A stretch of 64,000 nucleotides of DNA from Bacteroidota bacterium (GTDB taxonomy: Bacteria > Bacteroidota > Bacteroidia > Bacteroidales > UBA10428), in assembly GCA_003252385.1 (NCBI GenBank), contig QKEH01000133.1, positions 448 through 64,447 of the forward strand. The letters are read 5' to 3'. Of this stretch, positions 55,921 through 64,000 are shown one piece after another (within the stretch, counting starts at the first letter, position 1; each line of letters starts with the position of its first letter). The notes under the pieces are model-generated. The model saw only the letters and a list, made by a program, of their open reading frames with translations. It was not told the DNA's origin and did not search any database. A program made the position numbers and the translations under genes.

Positions 55921-57243
55921 ATGGAAACGAAAGCATTTCAGAAAATATATACAAAGATTACGCAAATCACCAAAGCCACCTGCTCGCTGAACGCCACCGG
56001 TGTGGGCAACGAAGAATTGGCTATGGTCAACGGGAAACTGGCTCAGGTGGTTAAAATTATTGGCGACACGGTTACGCTTCAGGTATTTGGCGGTACCGAA
56101 GGTATTCCCACCAATGCGGAAGTAACCTTTCTGGGAAAAGCCCCGACCTTAAAAGTGAGCGACCAGCTGGCCGGGCGTTTTTTCAACGCCTATGGCGATC
56201 CCATTGACGGAGGTCCGGCCGTAGAAGGTCATGAAATTGAAATTGGTGGCCCGTCGGTGAACCCGGTTCGCCGCAAGCAGCCTTCGGAACTGATTGCCAC
56301 TGGTATTGCCGGTATCGACTTGAACAACACCCTGGTATCGGGTCAGAAAATTCCTTTCTTTGCCGACCCCGACCAGCCCTATAACCAGGTTATGGCCATG
56401 GTAGCCTTACGTGCCAAAGCCGACAAGATTATTCTGGGCGGTATGGGGCTGACCAACGACGATTACCTGTTCTACAAAAATGTGTTTGATAATGCCGGGG
56501 CATTGGATCGCATTATCAGCTTTGTGAACACCACCGACAACCCTCCGGTTGAGCGTTTGCTGGTACCCGATATGGCACTTACTGCAGCGGAATATTTTGC
56601 CGTTCAGAAAAACGAATCGGTGCTGGTACTGCTTACCGACATGACTCTCTATGCCGATGCACTGAGTATTGTATCGAACCGCATGGACCAGATCCCCTCG
56701 AAAGACAGTATGCCCGGATCGCTCTACAGCGATCTGGCCAAAATATACGAAAAGGCTGTGCAGTTTCCTGCCGGCGGATCGATAACCATTATTGCGGTTA
56801 CCACCCTTTCAGGCGGCGATATTACCCATGCTATCCCGGACAATACCGGCTACATTACCGAAGGGCAGCTTTTCCTGCGACGCGATACCGATATTGGTAA
56901 AGTAATTGTGGATCCGTTCCGAAGCTTGTCACGTTTGAAACAGTTGGTAATCAGTAAAAAAACCCGCGAAGACCACGCCGGTGTGATGAGCGCGGCCATT
57001 CGTTTGTTTGCCGATGCGGCCAACGCCAAAACCAAACAGGAAAACGGTTTCGACCTGACCGAATACGACGAACGCACACTCAAATTTGCCCGCGACTATT
57101 CCAACCGCCTGCTGGCCATTGATGTGAATGTGGAAATTGACGAAATGATTGACACCGGTTGGGAACTGTTTAGCAAACATTTCAACAAAGAAGAAGTGGG
57201 TATAAAACAAACACTGGTAGATAAATACTGGAAGAACAATTAA
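55921..57243 (+). CDS. ntpB: V-type ATPase subunit B
   Basis: Non-catalytic A/B fold: LVSGQKIPFF, VLVLLTDMT.YA.AL, PGSLYSDLA.IYE.A, ITEGQLFL. Confidence 0.95.
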   Translation: METKAFQKIYTKITQITKATCSLNATGVGNEELAMVNGKLAQVVKIIGDTVTLQVFGGTEGIPTNAEVTFLGKAPTLKVSDQLAGRFFNAYGDPIDGGPAVEGHEIEIGGPSVNPVRRKQPSELIATGIAGIDLNNTLVSGQKIPFFADPDQPYNQVMAMVALRAKADKIILGGMGLTNDDYLFYKNVFDNAGALDRIISFVNTTDNPPVERLLVPDMALTAAEYFAVQKNESVLVLLTDMTLYADALSIVSNRMDQIPSKDSMPGSLYSDLAKIYEKAVQFPAGGSITIIAVTTLSGGDITHAIPDNTGYITEGQLFLRRDTDIGKVIVDPFRSLSRLKQLVISKKTREDHAGVMSAAIRLFADAANAKTKQENGFDLTEYDERTLKFARDYSNRLLAIDVNVEIDEMIDTGWELFSKHFNKEEVGIKQTLVDKYWKNN

Positions 57244-57267
57244 TGCCCTGGGCAGAGAGATCGAACT

Positions 57268-57867
57268 ATGGCTATAAAATTCCAATACAATAAAACTTCG
57301 CTCCAGGTACTCGAGAAACAACTCAAGGTACGGGTAAAGGCACTCCCCACCATTAAGAATAAGGAGTCGGCTCTGCGTATTGAGGTAAAAAAGGCGAAGG
57401 ACGAAGGCAAACGCCTGGAGGACGAACTTCGGGCAGCAATGGCTTCTTACGAGAACATGGTCGGTCTGTGGGCCGAATTCCGAACCGATCTGATTCGGGT
57501 GGAGGACGTGCATCTGGATATCAAAAAGATTGCCGGGGTAAAAACACCGGTGCTTCACGGGGTCGATTTTGCCGTGCAACCTTTTAGTGTTTTCAATGCC
57601 CCCAAGTGGTATTTAGGCGGCGTGGCTATACTCAAGCAACTGGTACACATCTCCATACAGCGTGAAGTGTTTACCATGAAGATGGAACTGCTCGACTATG
57701 CCCGGAAAAAGACTACCCAGAAAGTTAATCTTTTTGAGAAGGTTCAAATACCCGGCTATGCCGATGCCATTCGTAAAATAAAGCGCTTTATGGAAGATGA
57801 GGACAACCTTTCCAAATCGGCTCAAAAAATTGTGAAAACCCGTCAAGAGGAGGAGGCCAGCCTATGA
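57268..57867 (+). CDS. ntpD: V-type ATPase subunit D
   Basis: 199-aa coiled-coil protein (NKTSLQVLEKQLKVRVKALPTIKNKESALR). Its position after B is as expected. Confidence 0.85.
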   Translation: MAIKFQYNKTSLQVLEKQLKVRVKALPTIKNKESALRIEVKKAKDEGKRLEDELRAAMASYENMVGLWAEFRTDLIRVEDVHLDIKKIAGVKTPVLHGVDFAVQPFSVFNAPKWYLGGVAILKQLVHISIQREVFTMKMELLDYARKKTTQKVNLFEKVQIPGYADAIRKIKRFMEDEDNLSKSAQKIVKTRQEEEASL

Positions 57868-59693
57868 TACTTCCAATGATCAAGTACGCTTTTCTGGTCT
57901 ATCACCGGGAATACCTCGATTTTCTTAAGGGTTTGCAGGAACTGGCTGTGCTGCATGTAATCGAAAAGCAGTCGGGCGAAATAGAAGATGAGACGATACA
58001 AGGGCAATACCGCCAGTTGCAGCACATCAATCAGGCGATTAAGTTTTTGGAAAAACGCACCCAGGAAACACTTTCGGAGACTCTGGTGCAACCGGTTGAA
58101 CCCTTGCTGGAACAACTCAGGCAGCTTCAGTCGAAAGTGGAGGGCTACCAGCAGGAACTGGCTCATCTCGAAAAGGAAATAAGCATACTTCAACCCTGGG
58201 GCAATTTTAACTGGGATACCATTCATAGAATCAAGGGCTCGGGGTATGATGTACATTTCTATCTTTGCCCCAGCCGGAGTATTGCCCCCCAATGGCGCGA
58301 ACAGTACACCCTGGAAGTGATCCATGAGCAAGCGGGGATGAGCTATTTTGTGGTAATCAGTAAAATGAACGAACCCGTTGAACTGAACGCCGAAGTTTGT
58401 AGGCTGCCCCAAATTTCGCTGAGCCAGCTGGAAAAACAGCTGGAGGAAGTTACCGCAGGCCTCCGGAGCCTGGAAAACGAAATGGATACCTTCGCCGGAG
58501 AGTACCTGAACAGCTTGTATGCCGCTCGCGAAGAAGTTACCGTATCCCTGGATTTTAGCAAAGTGGTATGGAATACGCATAAAACTGCCGAAGATAAGCT
58601 GATGCTGCTCGAAGGCTGGGTTCCGGAAGAGAAGGAAGACCAGGTAGTGCACTACCTCAATGACGCCGGAGTATTCTACGAATCGGCGAAACCCGGGGAA
58701 GACGACCTTCCTCCCATCCAACTGAAGAACAATACTTTTGCACGCCTGTATGAAGCCATTGGCGAGTTGTATACCTTTCCGAATTACCGTGAGCTGGATT
58801 TAACGCCCTTCTTTGCTCCGTTCTACATGCTCTTCTTTGGCTTTTGCTTGGGCGATGCAGGGTACGGAGTGCTTATTGTTCTGGCTACCCTTATTGGCAT
58901 GGCGAAAGCTAAACCTTCGTTAAAGCCCCTGTTTAAACTGGGTTTTTACCTGGGTCTTTCCACCATACTCATGGGTATAATTGGAGGAACCTACTTCGGC
59001 TATATGCTACATCCCGAAAATTTTAAAGACGGACAAACCTTTGCTCCCTGGATTACCACCTACCAGAAATACATTCTCAGCAGCGACAACCTGATGGTGG
59101 TGGCCCTGGGGATAGGATACTTTCAGGTGCTTTTTGGAATGTTCCTCAATGCAGCGAACCGGATCAAGATGCAGGGTTTCAGGTATGCGCTTGCGCAGTT
59201 GGGCTGGAACCTTATCGTTCTGGTTACCATTCCGGCCATTGGCTTGTACAAGTCGGGAGCCATGGCGGCCCCGTGGATGCGGACGGTAATTATTGTATCG
59301 GGAGTACTCGGAGGCTTGCCGGCCTTCTTCTACAATACGCCGGGTAAAAATCCGCTGCTGAACTTCGGTGCCGGTCTTTGGAATGCCTATGGCGTGGCCT
59401 CAGGTCTACTGGGCGACGTGTTGTCGTACATCCGGCTTTTTGCCTTAGGGTTGTCCAGTGCCATTCTGGGGAATGTTTTTAACCAATTGGCGCTGCAATC
59501 GAGCCAGGGTCTGGGTGGAGGTATTGCCGGAATTGCGGTAATGATTCTGATTTTGGCCTTTGGACACAGCCTCAACTTCTTTATGGCTGCCTTAGGATCG
59601 TTTGTTCACCCCTTGCGGCTTACCTTTGTCGAATTCTATAAAAATGCCGGATTTATGGGTGGTGGCAAAAAATACGAACCCTTCAAAAAGTAA
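57864..59693 (+). CDS. ntpI: V-type ATPase subunit I (a-subunit)
   Basis: ATGA overlap with ntpD. Soluble coiled-coil N-terminal half plus about 7 TM helices, with SYIRLFALGLSSA containing the conserved stator Arg. Confidence 0.9.
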   Translation: MILPMIKYAFLVYHREYLDFLKGLQELAVLHVIEKQSGEIEDETIQGQYRQLQHINQAIKFLEKRTQETLSETLVQPVEPLLEQLRQLQSKVEGYQQELAHLEKEISILQPWGNFNWDTIHRIKGSGYDVHFYLCPSRSIAPQWREQYTLEVIHEQAGMSYFVVISKMNEPVELNAEVCRLPQISLSQLEKQLEEVTAGLRSLENEMDTFAGEYLNSLYAAREEVTVSLDFSKVVWNTHKTAEDKLMLLEGWVPEEKEDQVVHYLNDAGVFYESAKPGEDDLPPIQLKNNTFARLYEAIGELYTFPNYRELDLTPFFAPFYMLFFGFCLGDAGYGVLIVLATLIGMAKAKPSLKPLFKLGFYLGLSTILMGIIGGTYFGYMLHPENFKDGQTFAPWITTYQKYILSSDNLMVVALGIGYFQVLFGMFLNAANRIKMQGFRYALAQLGWNLIVLVTIPAIGLYKSGAMAAPWMRTVIIVSGVLGGLPAFFYNTPGKNPLLNFGAGLWNAYGVASGLLGDVLSYIRLFALGLSSAILGNVFNQLALQSSQGLGGGIAGIAVMILILAFGHSLNFFMAALGSFVHPLRLTFVEFYKNAGFMGGGKKYEPFKK

Positions 59694-59711
59694 TAATCAA
59701 CTAAAATTTAA

Positions 59712-60173
<462 letters not shown>

Positions 60174-60220
60174 GCCATCCTCTCGCAGCCTTTTTGCATC
60201 ATATTCAACTAACATGCTAT

Positions 60221-60266
60221 AAATCCTTCTAAGAATGTTTTATTTTTAGAAGGATTTTATTTTTTA
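60221..60266 (+). terminator. Rho-independent terminator of the V-ATPase operon
   Basis: AAATCCTTCTAA-N13-TTAGAAGGATTT stem (12 bp) followed by TTATTTTTT. Confidence 0.8.
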
Positions 60267-60270
60267 GATC

Positions 60271-60777
60271 ATGGACTATTTCTTACTCTCCCTGGCCGGT
60301 ATCCTGCTTCTTATGGGCATCGCGGGCTGCATTCTGCCCATACTGCCCGGTCCGCCTTTAAGCTATGTGGGGCTGCTGCTCCTGCATTTTACCCGATTTG
60401 CAACCTTTGGTACCAATACGCTGGTATTTCTGGGGCTGCTGGCGGTACTCGTGCAAATTCTGGATTATATGGTACCCGTATGGGGAACACGTAAGTTCGG
60501 GGGTACTAAATACGGTACCTGGGGCAGTATAATTGGCCTTATTGCCGGTATGTTCTTTCTGCCGGCTATAGGCCCTTTTGGAATTATCACCCTGCTCGCC
60601 GGGCCGTTTCTGGGAGCCTTCATTGCCGAGAGAATGGCTGGACGCGAACGCCATGAAGCCACTCGGGCAGCGTTGGGATCGTTTATTGGTTTTATGGCCG
60701 GCACCTTTATGAAGTTAGCCAGTTCTCTGGTTATCAGTATCTATTTTGTAAAAGAACTGATACAGTACTGGAAGTAG
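60271..60777 (+). CDS. DUF456-family membrane protein
   Basis: GCILPILPGPPLSYVG, VPVWGTRKFGGTKYG and GPFGIITLLAGPFLGAFIAE motifs. 4 TM helices. Confidence 0.75.
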   Translation: MDYFLLSLAGILLLMGIAGCILPILPGPPLSYVGLLLLHFTRFATFGTNTLVFLGLLAVLVQILDYMVPVWGTRKFGGTKYGTWGSIIGLIAGMFFLPAIGPFGIITLLAGPFLGAFIAERMAGRERHEATRAALGSFIGFMAGTFMKLASSLVISIYFVKELIQYWK

Positions 60778-61004
60778 TGCGCAAGTGCAGGTAGGCTGTT
60801 ACAGTATGAAGTTTCCTGTTCACGGGATTCCAGCCGATCCATGTATCCTTCCATGATTTGGTATCAATAGCGCACACGACCGAACGGATACCCTCATATG
60901 CAAAAAATTTAGAATCCATCCTTGAATAGTCCGGAATACCTATGAAGCCTTTTGGAATGTAAGGAAGCCGTGCGACCCGGTACCTCTTTCTCGTTACTGT
61001 ACCC

Positions 61005-61157
61005 GATTCCTATAAGAAGTCAACTGATTCCTCCCTCCCGGATACCGATTCCTTTTAATACGGAAGTAATTTCAGGCCTCCGCGAGCTCATTCCGTTCTT
61101 CCGGCACCTCATTCCATCAAACAGAAAGCTACTTCTTTAATCCAGGGAATCTAATCC
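61005..61157. repeat. Degenerate tandem repeat with an exact 21-bp phase (sATTCC boxes)
   Basis: GATTCC at 61005, 61026 and 61047; AATTTC at 61068; CATTCC at 61089 and 61110; weaker ACTTCT at 61131 and TAATCC at 61152. All are 21 nt apart. The 3-4 nt before each box are also similar (ACT/ACC/GCT/CCT). Confidence 0.8.
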
Positions 61158-61397
61158 TGTCGGCAGACTCATCTTTCCCTCGTTTCACCATGTCAAAGCA
61201 CCATTCTCTTAGGTTATCGAAGCCAGAGCTTAGGAAAAGAAAGCAGAAGCCGGACTACATGGTATGGTTATCAAATCTTCCCGGAAACTTTGTGAACCGT
61301 TCGGCAGGCCACCGGACACGGGGTTGTAACACATGGGCTTCTTGAAGCTCGTGGCCGGGCAATTGCGATAGAGCCCTACCGTACGTTGGCATTACAA

Positions 61398-63341
61398 TTA
61401 GTTCACCTTAACCACCTCGTATTCCTTGGTGTATTTCAGAATGCTGATACTTTCGTTTTCGAGTATGCCGGATTCCGGGTTGCGGTTAAACTGATACGGC
61501 GACAGTAACTGGGGGTTCTTGTACTGCCGAATGCACTTGCATGCATTGCTTTCGTAACGGTTAACGGCGGGTATAAAATACATGGCCATATCGTAACCCA
61601 GGTAGGTGTAATTGATGCCGGTTCCTTTGCCGGATGTTTGATAGGGTTCGGTTTTAAGTTGGGTTCGGCAGTGGGCAACAAACCGTTCCACGGCTTTGTT
61701 TTGGTAGTCGATATAGAACGGGCTGTACAAGGTGGTTTGCAACTCGTGCATCACATCAATACGTACATTGTCGAACTTCTGCCAGGATGAGAAACCAAAC
61801 ACTTCAATTTTATGGTCGCGCAGCAGAAAGTGAAGTTGCGACATCACATTGATCACGTCGGGTTCGTAGTCCGAAAGCACCAGCACCTTGTTGGCTGCAC
61901 CGTTGGTCAGGCTGGTGTCGAGGGCACGTTGCAAACGGTCGGTAATGGTTACGGTGCGAATAAATTTCGGTCGGTGGGCAAAACGTTGGTCTGCCTGGTT
62001 GATTAACAGGGTTTTAATCGAGTCTGCCAGGTCTCGGTTTTGCTCATTGTCCTGATACACCAGCACGATTCCGCTGGAGTCGAGCCGGGATGCAATATAC
62101 TGGGTATAGGCCGAATATGCAGCCCGGTCGGTGGGGATAATACGAAACAGGTTGGGGTTGTCTTTAAGGGGCGCTTCGCTTTCGGCCAACGGGGGTATAA
62201 AGGGTATTTTATGTTCGAAAGAGAAGCGCGAAACCAGTTTGATGTTGTTGGCGGCCAGCGGCCCTATAATCAGGTGAGGTTCCACGATTTCCAGTTTCTT
62301 CAGGATGGCTTTAACCTGGTTGGTATCGGCCTGGGTATCGAAAACAAACAAGCTGATATCCATGCCTTGTTGGCTCAGGCTGTCCAGAGCCAGCAAAACG
62401 CCTTCGTAAAATTCGGCGGCAACCCGCCCTTTAAGGCCACGCCCTTTTTGGTGCGAACGAAGGTCGGTCGAATCAACGGAAACGCTGGTGGTGTCGGGGT
62501 GAAGGCTTTCCTGGGTGAAAAAGGGAAGCAGCAGAGCCACTTTAACCGGTGGGCGCATGTGCTTGAGCGCGGCAATGGAATCGCACTGGTAACGGGTCAG
62601 TCCGTTGTGCGCAAAAACGGAATAGATGCTGTCCGGCCTGGAGGGATGGGCGATCCAGGTGGTGGGGTCATGGGAGGGTATCACCAGTCGCTGTCCGGTT
62701 TTTAAGCCCCAGCGTAAATCCGGGTTTGCTTGAAAGAGTTGGTTGATACTAACTCCCTGGCTGAGTGCTATCTGGTACAGGGTGTCGCCCTGTTTTACTT
62801 CGTACATGGGAGAGCCAACCGGTTCCTGTACGCTGCCGGCTGAGGTTGCAGAGGCGCCGGACGAAGGAATCAGTACAATTTGTCCGATGCGTATTCCCTG
62901 GCGGGCTTCCGGATTGAATTGGTAGATATGATCTACCGGTACCTGGTACAATTTGGAAAGGGAGTAGGGGGTTTCCTTAGCTTTTACCACATGCTGGATC
63001 ATGCCGTTCTGAGCTTCGTAAGCCGGGGCAGGTGCCGGTGCGGCAAGCGAAGCTGGTGAGGCAACAGGTATTTTCAGTGCCTGCCCAATGGACAGAGTCT
63101 GCAGATCGATCCCCGGATTGGCTGCCATAAGCTCGTTTTGGGTAGTGTTGTACGCTTTGCAGATAGAGTACAACGTATGCCCGCTTTGTACGGAATGCAG
63201 GTAGAATTTCTTTCCCTGGTAAAGAATAATCTCTTGCGAACGTTCTACCTGGCTGGGCACAAACGGGGTCTGGCCGTGCAGGCAGCAAAGGGTATGCAAA
63301 CTGATGATGGAGACTAGGAGAAAACGAGGTAACATTGGCAA
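61398..63341 (-). CDS. Secreted protein with three LysM domains and a periplasmic-binding-protein (type 1) like domain
   Basis: Signal peptide. LysM repeats: HSVQSGHTLYSICKAY..., HVVKAKETPYSLSKLY..., YEVKQGDTLYQIALSQ.... These are followed by about 370 aa starting VKVALLLPF, typical of Leu/Ile/Val-binding-protein-like folds. Confidence 0.8.
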   Translation of the reverse strand: MPMLPRFLLVSIISLHTLCCLHGQTPFVPSQVERSQEIILYQGKKFYLHSVQSGHTLYSICKAYNTTQNELMAANPGIDLQTLSIGQALKIPVASPASLAAPAPAPAYEAQNGMIQHVVKAKETPYSLSKLYQVPVDHIYQFNPEARQGIRIGQIVLIPSSGASATSAGSVQEPVGSPMYEVKQGDTLYQIALSQGVSINQLFQANPDLRWGLKTGQRLVIPSHDPTTWIAHPSRPDSIYSVFAHNGLTRYQCDSIAALKHMRPPVKVALLLPFFTQESLHPDTTSVSVDSTDLRSHQKGRGLKGRVAAEFYEGVLLALDSLSQQGMDISLFVFDTQADTNQVKAILKKLEIVEPHLIIGPLAANNIKLVSRFSFEHKIPFIPPLAESEAPLKDNPNLFRIIPTDRAAYSAYTQYIASRLDSSGIVLVYQDNEQNRDLADSIKTLLINQADQRFAHRPKFIRTVTITDRLQRALDTSLTNGAANKVLVLSDYEPDVINVMSQLHFLLRDHKIEVFGFSSWQKFDNVRIDVMHELQTTLYSPFYIDYQNKAVERFVAHCRTQLKTEPYQTSGKGTGINYTYLGYDMAMYFIPAVNRYESNACKCIRQYKNPQLLSPYQFNRNPESGILENESISILKYTKEYEVVKVN

Positions 63342-63397
63342 GGTGAAATCAGGAGTTATCAGGTTGACGGGGCAGGGGTAAGGAAATTCCCGGGCAG

Positions 63398-64000
63398 CTA
63401 TTGCTGCGCCAGGAACTGGTTTACGTTAGTTTCGATGCGCCGGGTCAGGTCATTTATGTTGGCCTTCACAAAGGGGTCGCCGGTTATGTTCTCGAAAAGT
63501 TCAATATAGCGTTCGCTCACCTCGGTAATAAATTCCGGGGTCATTTCCGGTACCGTTTGGCCTTCTTTTCCCTGGAAACCATTTGCAATCAGCCATTGCC
63601 GAACAAATTCCTTCGAAAGCTGTTTTTGGTCTTCTCCGTTTTTGAGCCGTTGTTCGTAACCGTTCATATAGAAGTAGCGCGAGGAGTCAGGGGTGTGAAT
63701 TTCGTCAATGAGGTAGATCTGTCCGTTTTTCTTCCCAAACTCGTATTTGGTATCCACCAGGATCAGCCCCATGCTGGCTGCTATCTCGGTGCCACGGGAA
63801 AAAAGCTGCTGCGTATACTGTTCCAGTTGGATGTATTCTTGTTCACTCACCAGGCCCTGCCGGATAATTTCTTCCCGCGATATGTCTTCATCGTGCCCTT
63901 GGTCTGCTTTGGTAGTAGGGGTAATAATGGGGTGGTCGAACTTTTGGTTTTCCACCATTCCTTCAGGCAGGGGAACGCCGCAAAGGCTACGTTTGCCTGC
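63398..64000 (-). CDS. purC: Phosphoribosylaminoimidazole-succinocarboxamide synthase, N-terminus outside the window
   Basis: [27 protein letters not shown] and TPTTKA motifs. The frame stays open upstream of the tracked Met to the window edge (...[21 protein letters not shown]). Confidence 0.9.
   Translation of the reverse strand, partial: AGKRSLCGVPLPEGMVENQKFDHPIITPTTKADQGHDEDISREEIIRQGLVSEQEYIQLEQYTQQLFSRGTEIAASMGLILVDTKYEFGKKNGQIYLIDEIHTPDSSRYFYMNGYEQRLKNGEDQKQLSKEFVRQWLIANGFQGKEGQTVPEMTPEFITEVSERYIELFENITGDPFVKANINDLTRRIETNVNQFLAQQ

Noticed and set aside
60734-60919. 61-aa minus-strand ORF overlapping the 3' end of the DUF456 gene.
   Set aside because: It has no upstream gene context or motifs, and its 3' part overlaps DUF456 coding sequence. 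It is treated as part of the unexplained spacer.

Overview
This 64-kb segment looks like chromosomal Bacteroidota DNA. The evidence is three proteins ending in T9SS (Por) C-terminal sorting domains, propeller/Y_Y_Y sensor kinases, a DUF4199 gene next to a GtrB-like GT2, a V-type ATPase operon in the order E, DUF2764, A, B, D, I, K, and two perfect TAnnTTTG -7 boxes. The taxon call is an inference.

I count about 50 protein genes and one SRP RNA (ffs) that the ORF track does not show. I found no rRNA, tRNA, CRISPR array, transposase, integrase or phage genes.

Gene content, in order:
- a PIG-L deacetylase (partial) and a T9SS beta-helix protein
- two tandem propeller sensor kinases, one split by a frameshift, next to a GH29 fucosidase and a sulfatase
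- uvrB, an adenylate cyclase-HD fusion, dgkA, and two tandem DUF1987 (SiaC-like) genes
- rhaD-like aldolase
- a seven-gene same-strand cluster: ABC ATPase, membrane protein, YtrA-like GntR, DUF2807, a small TM protein, a tandem C_GCAxxG_C_C protein and a cysteine desulfurase-rhodanese fusion
- a BspA-type LRR T9SS protein, a decayed lipoprotein gene and an orphan MCP
- a CBM6-like x3 / Big_2 x6 T9SS protein
- a Cys/His-rich anchor protein, a secreted HMA protein and a TonB-dependent receptor
- a low-GC islet
- two GT2 genes, DUF4199, ffs, a VOC protein, a split permease and a third DUF1987 gene
- a CCC-type transporter, the V-ATPase operon, DUF456, a LysM-PBP protein and purC (partial)

Nothing here is a recognisable defence or mobile system. 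The best candidates for undescribed biology are:
1. A 620-bp ORF-poor convergent spacer carrying sATTCC boxes at an exact 21-bp phase (61005-61115).
2. The Cys/His-rich protein, HMA and TonB-receptor metal module (36514-39554).
3. Orphan SiaC-like DUF1987 modules (three copies) near a catalytically intact cyclase-HD fusion.
4. The cysteine desulfurase-rhodanese gene, bracketed on both sides by GTACNNN heptamer arrays and sitting inside the seven-gene cluster.

All family assignments come from reading motifs by eye. No searches were run.
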